From Myxococcota bacterium (GTDB lineage Bacteria > Myxococcota > JACRCW01), in contig JBFMGU010000311.1 in NCBI GenBank assembly GCA_040752415.1, forward strand, positions 1 through 11,849: 11,849 nucleotides of DNA. The letters are read 5' to 3'. Positions 6,995 to 11,849 of the stretch are shown here, in pieces. Positions within the stretch are counted from its first letter, which is position 1; each line of letters opens with the position of its first letter. The notes under the pieces are model-generated. The model searched no databases. It worked only from the letters and a program-made list of their open reading frames with translations, and was not told where the DNA came from. The translations under genes were made by a program, and so were the position numbers.

Positions 6995-8500
6995 ATGGCG
7001 TGGATCTGGGTGGGACTGGCGGTGGTGGCGGCGGTGGGCCTGGCCTGGCCGCTGCTGGCCATGGCCGGTCACGGCGTGGGGATGCGGGCGCGGCGTGCGC
7101 TGCGTCGACGGGTGGGGGTGACCACGCGCCAGACCCTGCGTCGCTTCCGCGCCCGGATTGACCGCTTCAAGCTGACCCAGAAGGCCCAGGTGCGCGCCGC
7201 GCTGCTGCAGGACCCCGTGCTGGGGAAGGCCGTGGCCGAGGCCGCCGCCCACGACGAGGTGGACAAGGACGTGGGGCTGGACGTGGATGGCGCGTGGGAG
7301 CGCGCCGAGCTGTATCTCGACGAGATCGTCCCCTCGTTCAACATCCTCTCGTACTTCCGGGTGGGCTACAGCGTGGCCAGGGTCTCGCTGGGCGGCCTGT
7401 ACGCGCTGGACCTGGACCCCGCCGACGCCGAGCGCCTCCGCCCCCTGCTCGCCGACAAGAACAAGTCCCTGCTCTTCCTCATCAACCACCGCTCCAATGC
7501 GGACTTCGTGCTCTTGGGCTGGGCGCTGGCGCACCGCGTGGCGCTCTCCTACGCCGTGGGCGAGTGGGCGCGCGTCTGGCCGCTGGAGCCGCTGTTCAAG
7601 AGCTTCGGCAGCTACTTCGTCCGTCGTGGGGAGCGCGACCCGCTCTATCACGCCGTGCTCGCCCGCTACGTGCAGCACATTGCGCAGAACGGCGTGACCC
7701 AGGGGGTGTTCCTGGAGGGCGGTCTGAGTCGGGATGGCGCGCTGCGTCCGCCCAAGGTGGGCCTGCTGGACAGCATCCTCCTGGCCAAGCACGACGCGGC
7801 GTTCCGTCGGGAGCTGTGGATCATTCCCACCGGCATCACCTACGACCGCGTCCTCGAGGACGAGACGCTGATCCAGGAGGCGGGCGGGCGGAAGCCGGAG
7901 CACTGGCAGCGACGGAAGCTGCTGTTGCGCCAGGCGCGCCAGGTGGCGGGCTACCTGTTTGGTCAGGGCTGGAAGTGGCTGCTGGAGCGCCAGCGCAAGT
8001 TCGGCCACGCCGCGCTGCGCATCGGGGAGCCCATGCGCGTGGACGACTGGCTGGCCGCGCACCCCGAGCTGACGACGCTGGACCGCGCCGCGCGCAAGCC
8101 CATCCTGGAGGCGTACGCGACGCAGGTGATGGAGAACATCGGCCGGAACATGGCGGTGCTGCCCATGGGCATCCTTGCGTGCATCCTGCAGCAGCGGCAG
8201 GCGCTCCCGGAGGCCGAGGCGCGTGTGCTCTTCGACGAGATGGCACAGGACCTCCGCGCCCGCGGCGCCCGGCTGTGGCAACCGCACCCGCGCGTGCGCG
8301 ACCCCTTCAAGCTGGCGCGACAGATGCTGGTGCGTCGCGGGGTGCTGAAGGCGGTGGAGGGTGCGCTGGTGGTGACGGAGGGGGCGCGGGAGATTGTGGC
8401 GTACTACGCGCGCGGCCTGCACATGTGGATGCCGGAGGTGCTCTCTCCGACGAGAAATGCGGCGTTGCCGGTGCCGCGCGACGTGGAGAAGGTGGGGTAG
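6995..8500 (+). CDS. Glycerol-3-phosphate/lysophospholipid acyltransferase (PlsB/PlsC superfamily) with N-terminal membrane anchor
   Basis: Catalytic HxxxxD motif NHRSNAD, GSYFVRR, FLEGGLSRDG and IIPTGITYDRV; hydrophobic N-terminus MAWIWVGLAVVAAVGLAWPLL from the ATG at 6995; 501 aa. Confidence 0.9.
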   Translation: MAWIWVGLAVVAAVGLAWPLLAMAGHGVGMRARRALRRRVGVTTRQTLRRFRARIDRFKLTQKAQVRAALLQDPVLGKAVAEAAAHDEVDKDVGLDVDGAWERAELYLDEIVPSFNILSYFRVGYSVARVSLGGLYALDLDPADAERLRPLLADKNKSLLFLINHRSNADFVLLGWALAHRVALSYAVGEWARVWPLEPLFKSFGSYFVRRGERDPLYHAVLARYVQHIAQNGVTQGVFLEGGLSRDGALRPPKVGLLDSILLAKHDAAFRRELWIIPTGITYDRVLEDETLIQEAGGRKPEHWQRRKLLLRQARQVAGYLFGQGWKWLLERQRKFGHAALRIGEPMRVDDWLAAHPELTTLDRAARKPILEAYATQVMENIGRNMAVLPMGILACILQQRQALPEAEARVLFDEMAQDLRARGARLWQPHPRVRDPFKLARQMLVRRGVLKAVEGALVVTEGAREIVAYYARGLHMWMPEVLSPTRNAALPVPRDVEKVG

Positions 8501-8504
8501 GGCG

Positions 8505-8981
8505 TCAGTCTTCCGGGTTGCCGTCGCCGACCACGGCGGGGTTGGCGCTGATGTGCAGCCGGATCAGCAGCTCCGAGAGCGCGGCACGCTCCCGGGCGCT
8601 CAAGGGCTCCAACACGCGGGCGAGGCCGGGGGCGCGTCGCTTGCGGGAGCGCTCCAGGGCCTTGCGGCCGGTGGGGGTGACGGTGATGCGCTGGGCGCGC
8701 TGGTCGTCGGGGTGCGCCTTGGCCTCGAGCAGGCCGCGCGCCACCAGGCCCTGCACCGCCTTGGAGGCCGCCTGGCGCGAGATGCCGAGCTGCTGCGCCA
8801 GCGCGCTGGAGGTGGCGCCCGGCTGTGTGCCGGCGAGCTCGAGCAGGGTCACCGCGCCCGGCGTCAACGCCTCCTCCCGCAGGTCCTTGGCTGCCCCTCC
8901 CCGCAACAACGCGGCCACCGCCTCCAGGCGCGCGGACAGCATCCAGTCTTCTTCCGTGGGGTCGTCAGTACGCTGCTTCAT
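8505..8981 (-). CDS. MarR-family transcriptional regulator
   Basis: Winged HTH (TSSALAQQLGISRQAASKAVQGLVARGLL), HPDDQRAQRITVTPTG and LSARERAALSELL; Shine-Dalgarno GGGAGG just before the ATG at 8981; 158 aa. Confidence 0.92.
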   Translation of the reverse strand: MKQRTDDPTEEDWMLSARLEAVAALLRGGAAKDLREEALTPGAVTLLELAGTQPGATSSALAQQLGISRQAASKAVQGLVARGLLEAKAHPDDQRAQRITVTPTGRKALERSRKRRAPGLARVLEPLSARERAALSELLIRLHISANPAVVGDGNPED

Positions 8982-9062
8982 GCCCTCCCAATAACCGCGT
9001 CCGCCGACCCTCGCGCAATGCGGGACATCCACAGGAAATCAGCGAGAAACCTCGGTTTGGCA

Positions 9063-9110
9063 GCGCATCCTCGAGCTTCAGCGAACAGGTTGCACCAACG
9101 CGCATCCTCG
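9063..9110. repeat. Pair of 11-bp direct repeats upstream of marR
   Basis: GCGCATCCTCG at 9063-9073 and 9100-9110 (37-bp period); partial GCGCAT at 9132. Confidence 0.5.
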
Positions 9111-9252
9111 TCGTGATCGGGCGAATCACCTGCGCATTTTCCGACGGACAGCGACGGTGCGGGGTCCCTGTTGCTCCGACGACGTCTGGCGCCGACCGGG
9201 CGTCCTGGCCCTGGCGCGCGCGAGCATCCGGCGCTGGTGAACCCTGGGGTGG

Positions 9253-9564
9253 TCAGAGGCCCATCTTCTTCTTCAGCTCGCGCAGCTTGGCGTCCACGTC
9301 CTTCTCGCCAACGGCGGGACGCGCAGGCGCGGCGGGAGTGGCCTTCGCGGTTGGGACGGTGAGCTCCACGTCGTGACCGCAGTGTTCGCACACCAGGCGC
9401 CGGGAGGTGAGCTGCGCCACCTCGACGAAGAAGACATTGACGCGGTCCTGGACGTCGCACTCCACGAACCGGCGCACCGCGCCACAATCCTCGCACGCGC
9501 GTTCCACCGTCCTGCCGTCGGGGACGCGCCGCGCCCGGGTCCGGTTGCCGAAGACGAGCCACAT
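9253..9564 (-). CDS. Zinc-ribbon domain protein (zinc_ribbon_15-like)
   Basis: MWLVFG start, CEDCG, hydrophobic VNVFFV, CEHCG and a C-terminal helix DVDAKLRELKKKMGL; 103 aa. Confidence 0.8.
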   Translation of the reverse strand: MWLVFGNRTRARRVPDGRTVERACEDCGAVRRFVECDVQDRVNVFFVEVAQLTSRRLVCEHCGHDVELTVPTAKATPAAPARPAVGEKDVDAKLRELKKKMGL

Positions 9565-9572
9565 GGCGCGAC

Positions 9573-9601
9573 AGGCTCGGGCGTTCGCGCGGCGAGGTCA
9601 A
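9573..9601 (-). promoter_or_regulatory. Putative sigma70-type promoter for a leaderless zinc-ribbon transcript
   Basis: Minus strand reads TTGACC-N17-GAGCCT, then 8 nt to the ATG at 9564; no Shine-Dalgarno sequence. Confidence 0.4.
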
Positions 9602-9623
9602 GACCGCGACGTCATTCCGTGGG

Positions 9624-9654
9624 TGCGTGGTGCGAACATGCTGACAACCACGCA
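9624..9654. other. Intergenic inverted repeat (possible operator or hairpin)
   Basis: TGCGTGGT(9624-9631)-N15-ACCACGCA(9647-9654), between the greA-like gene and the zinc-ribbon gene; no U-tract. Confidence 0.3.
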
Positions 9655-9719
9655 TGGCCACCGCCAGGCCCGCTCCCCGACGCCACGCGCGGGCATCTGG
9701 AAGTGGCCCCCGACGATCC

Positions 9720-10205
9720 TCACGCCACGCGGGTCACGGTCAGCTCCCGCACACGTCCCGCGAGGCGCACGTCGCAGGAGTCACCCTCACGCTTGCCGAG
9801 CAGCGCCTGGCCCAGCGGGGATTTGGGCGTCACCACCTGCACGCGACCACCCGCCAGCTTGGCACCACCACCCGCCGGCGCGAGGAAGTAGACGCTCGTC
9901 GCCGCGTCGTCCTCGACGGTGACCACGGCACCCAGCGCAACGGGCGCGTCGTCACCGAGGTCCTTGACCGGCAGTCCCTGCACCAGCCCCAGCTCCGCGC
10001 GCAGCTCCTCCACGCGCAGGGCCTGTCCGCGCGCCAGGTAGGACTGCTCCAGGCCACGCGTGTCCTTGTCGTTCTCCGGCTTGGCCTCCTCGTGGGTGGC
10101 GCCTTCCCGCGCGGCGCGTTGGGCACGCTCGGCCACGTCGAGTTGGGCGGTGAGGAGGCGGACCAGCTCGTCCTTGAGGGCTGCCTTGGAGGGGAGTGGG
10201 GCCAT
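9720..10205 (-). CDS. GreA/GreB-family elongation-factor-like protein (divergent subfamily)
   Basis: N-terminal coiled coil with ATHEEAKPENDKDTRGLEQSYLARGQ; C-terminal Gre domain VALGAVVTV...VVTPKSPLGQALLGKREGD. Start at 10205 or 10217. Confidence 0.85.
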   Translation of the reverse strand: MAPLPSKAALKDELVRLLTAQLDVAERAQRAAREGATHEEAKPENDKDTRGLEQSYLARGQALRVEELRAELGLVQGLPVKDLGDDAPVALGAVVTVEDDAATSVYFLAPAGGGAKLAGGRVQVVTPKSPLGQALLGKREGDSCDVRLAGRVRELTVTRVA

Positions 10206-10292
10206 GGGGTGGCGCATGGTCGCGCAAGGGCTCGACGGGGAGCAAATGGCACGGGGCGGGGACGCTGGCGGGAGACGGAGAAAACGGCTTCA

Positions 10293-11009
10293 ATGGCGCG
10301 GGTGAGCACGCCGTCCCGCATTGCGCCCACGTCGTCCGCGGCCATTTCCGGGCTGGCCCGACCCGCCGAGCTCCCCACCCGCCGCATCCCGGTGACCCTG
10401 CGACGCGAGGGCCTGGGCTACGCCCCCTTGTCCGCCCCGGTGTGCCCCCACTGCCAGGTCGCGGCCCCCGAGGGGCTGGAGACGCTGCTGCTGCGTCGTC
10501 ACCCCGCGTGGCTGAAGGTGTCCGAGAAGCTGGGCGCGCCCCCGGCGGTGTTCCTTTCGGCGCTGGGGCTGATGGCGGTCCCGCACCTGCGACACTTCGG
10601 GGTGCTGCTGTTCTTCTTTGGTCCGTGCATGTCGCTCTCGCACCACGGGGTGATGCGCCTGGTGAAGGGGTCCCGGCTGCGCGTGAAGCTGGGGTTGTGC
10701 GCGGCGTGTCGCAAGCAGCTGCGCGAGCTGGGCACGCGGGAGGCCCGCTTCCGCCGGCTCAAGAACGTTGCCGCGTGGGCGCTGGTGTTGGTGGCGCCAG
10801 TGGCCATGGGGCTCACGGCGGCAGCGTCGGGGTGGGACCTGGCGGCGGGCGCGTTGGCGGCCACGTGCCTGGTGGGATGGGCGGCGGAGCGGTCGGTGGA
10901 GCGCGCCCGGGCGCGTCGGCTGCCGGAGCTGGAATCCGTGGATGAGACCGGGGCACGGATCCTGGTGCCGGCGCACTGGCCGCGCCCCGCCGAGTCGGGT
11001 GCCGGGTAG
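10293..11009 (+). CDS. Hypothetical membrane protein with two CxxC motifs
   Basis: Last 238 aa of ORF 9654..11009: CPHC, two hydrophobic segments, LGLCAAC, then two more TM segments (VAAWALVLVAPVAMGLTAAA; LAAGALAATCLVGWAA). Start is ATG 10293 or GTG 10302. Confidence 0.7.
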   Translation: MARVSTPSRIAPTSSAAISGLARPAELPTRRIPVTLRREGLGYAPLSAPVCPHCQVAAPEGLETLLLRRHPAWLKVSEKLGAPPAVFLSALGLMAVPHLRHFGVLLFFFGPCMSLSHHGVMRLVKGSRLRVKLGLCAACRKQLRELGTREARFRRLKNVAAWALVLVAPVAMGLTAAASGWDLAAGALAATCLVGWAAERSVERARARRLPELESVDETGARILVPAHWPRPAESGAG

Positions 11010-11332
11010 GGCTGCGTCAGAACAATCTGCCCATTCCGTCGTGGCCGGCGAACACCTAACCCCCCCACGTTCATGCCGTTGTGCTCGCTCGCCCCCCTTC
11101 CCCAGTACCGATTTTCCGTCGTCACCGCGCCGGGGAAGGGGGGCAATCGCCGGGCGCAGTGCCCACTTTCCGACGAGAAAGTGCCCCAGACCAATGCGTG
11201 GCCCCCTTCCCCGCAAGGGTTGACGACGGTGCGGTGAGCGGGTGTGGGGGGGCGAGTGGACGCAGTGGCGCGAACGTGGGGGGCAAGTGTTCGCCGGCCA
11301 CGACGGAATGGGCAGATTGTTCCAACCAGCCC
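11009..11332. repeat. Large nested palindromic element (MITE/REPIN-like or structured ncRNA) with 36-bp perfect terminal inverted repeats
   Basis: GAACAATCTGCCCATTCCGTCGTGGCCGGCGAACAC at 11020-11055 is the exact reverse complement of 11287-11322. Further nested arms are 11061-11072/11272-11283, 11074-11097/11247-11270 (with G.U), 11116-11124/11221-11229 and 11131-11142/11202-11213. The outer pair is GGGCTG/CAGCCC (11009-11014/11327-11332). Confidence 0.9.
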
Positions 11333-11335
11333 CTG

Positions 11336-11358
11336 GCGGATCCAACCCGCGGATCCGC
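11336..11358 (-). terminator. GC hairpin immediately after the TPR gene stop (possible terminator or stability hairpin)
   Basis: GCGGATCC-AACCCGC-GGATCCGC forms an 8-bp stem 6 nt past the TAG at 11365-11367; no U-tract. Confidence 0.35.
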
Positions 11359-11364
11359 AGCGGG

Positions 11365-11849
11365 CTACTTCTTCTTGAGCAGACCGAGGATCCCAGCCAC
11401 GGGGGAGGCGGCGTCCTCCTTCTCCTTCTGCCGCCGCATCTCCAGCAGCCGCACCATGCGCAGCGCGCCATGGTGGTTCTTGTCGTTCTCCAGGGCGCGC
11501 CGGAAGGTGGCTTCCGCTTCCCCGTCGCGGCCCATCAGGTTGAGGACCATGCCCTCGGTGTAGAGCGCCTCCGCGTTCTGGTAGCGGGAGTTGACGCCGC
11601 GGAGCAGCTCCAGCGCCTTGCGCAGTCGCGCGTCCTGGGGGCGGGCGGTGTTGACGGCCGTGGCCCAAGCCAGACCCACCCGGTACAGGACCACGTTGGG
11701 CTCCTTGGCCACCGCCTTCTCGAACTCCTCCTCCGCGGCGCTGTAACGCTGTTTCTCCAGGTGCAGCCGCGCGGCCTCCGCGTGCGCCTTGGCTTCCGCC
11801 GCCACGGCCAGGTGGGCCTGCACCGCCGCATTGCCCGACGCGGGGGTGG
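11365..11849 (-). CDS. Tetratricopeptide-repeat protein, C-terminal part (5' truncated by the window)
   Basis: Frame is open to the window edge. TPR-like helices (YSAAEEEFEKAVAKEPN; NAEALYTEGMVLNLMGRDGEAEATFRRALENDKNHHGA) and an amphipathic basic tail GILGLLKKK. Confidence 0.85.
   Translation of the reverse strand, partial: TPASGNAAVQAHLAVAAEAKAHAEAARLHLEKQRYSAAEEEFEKAVAKEPNVVLYRVGLAWATAVNTARPQDARLRKALELLRGVNSRYQNAEALYTEGMVLNLMGRDGEAEATFRRALENDKNHHGALRMVRLLEMRRQKEKEDAASPVAGILGLLKKK

Noticed and set aside
7252..7298. GTGGAC/GACGTG micro-repeats in the acyltransferase
   Set aside because: Explained by an Asp/Val-rich peptide (DEVDKDVGLDVDG) with biased codons; no regular period.
6140..8500. 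Apparent 760-aa PP2C fusion and 738-aa acyltransferase with ~2.1 kb of bidirectional overlap
   Set aside because: Each N-terminal extension is the antisense read of the other gene. The real starts at 6889 (-) and 6995 (+) give an ordinary divergent pair with a 105-bp gap.
9025..9033. DnaA-box-like ACATCCACA
   Set aside because: A single 7/9 match with no cluster of boxes and no AT-rich unwinding element, so it gives no support for oriC here.
9654..10292. N-terminal 213 aa of the 451-aa ORF
   Set aside because: Antisense shadow of the Gre-family gene; protein-like sequence begins near 10293.
11020..11322. 36-bp repeat as a CRISPR repeat
   Set aside because: Only two copies, in inverted orientation and 231 bp apart; no spacer array and no cas genes.
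10768..11325. Two opposite-strand ORFs sharing the peptide EQSAHSVVAGEHL
   Set aside because: A direct consequence of the 36-bp inverted repeat; no sign of coding bias.

Overview
GC-rich (roughly 70% by eye) bacterial chromosomal segment that resembles Myxococcota/deltaproteobacteria, and is probably close to the replication origin because two parS palindromes sit inside rsmG. From left to right: a minus-strand aminotransferase-dtd-rsmG operon; a divergent small Cys-rich protein and a 955-967 aa HEXXH-peptidase/TolB-propeller/Omp85-barrel fusion; a small CxC protein; a PP2C phosphatase; a PlsB-like acyltransferase; a MarR regulator; a zinc-ribbon protein; a divergent GreA/GreB-family factor; a CxxC membrane protein; and the 3' end of a TPR protein. 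The least explained feature is a ~300-325 bp non-coding element at 11009-11332. It has perfect 36-bp terminal inverted repeats, folds almost end to end into a nested rod with G.U-biased mismatches, and contains mutually exclusive internal helices. It could be a MITE/REPIN-like element or a structured RNA. Several genes also have sigma70-like boxes only 7-13 nt upstream of the start codon, which suggests leaderless transcripts. I saw no CRISPR array, tRNA, rRNA or transposase.
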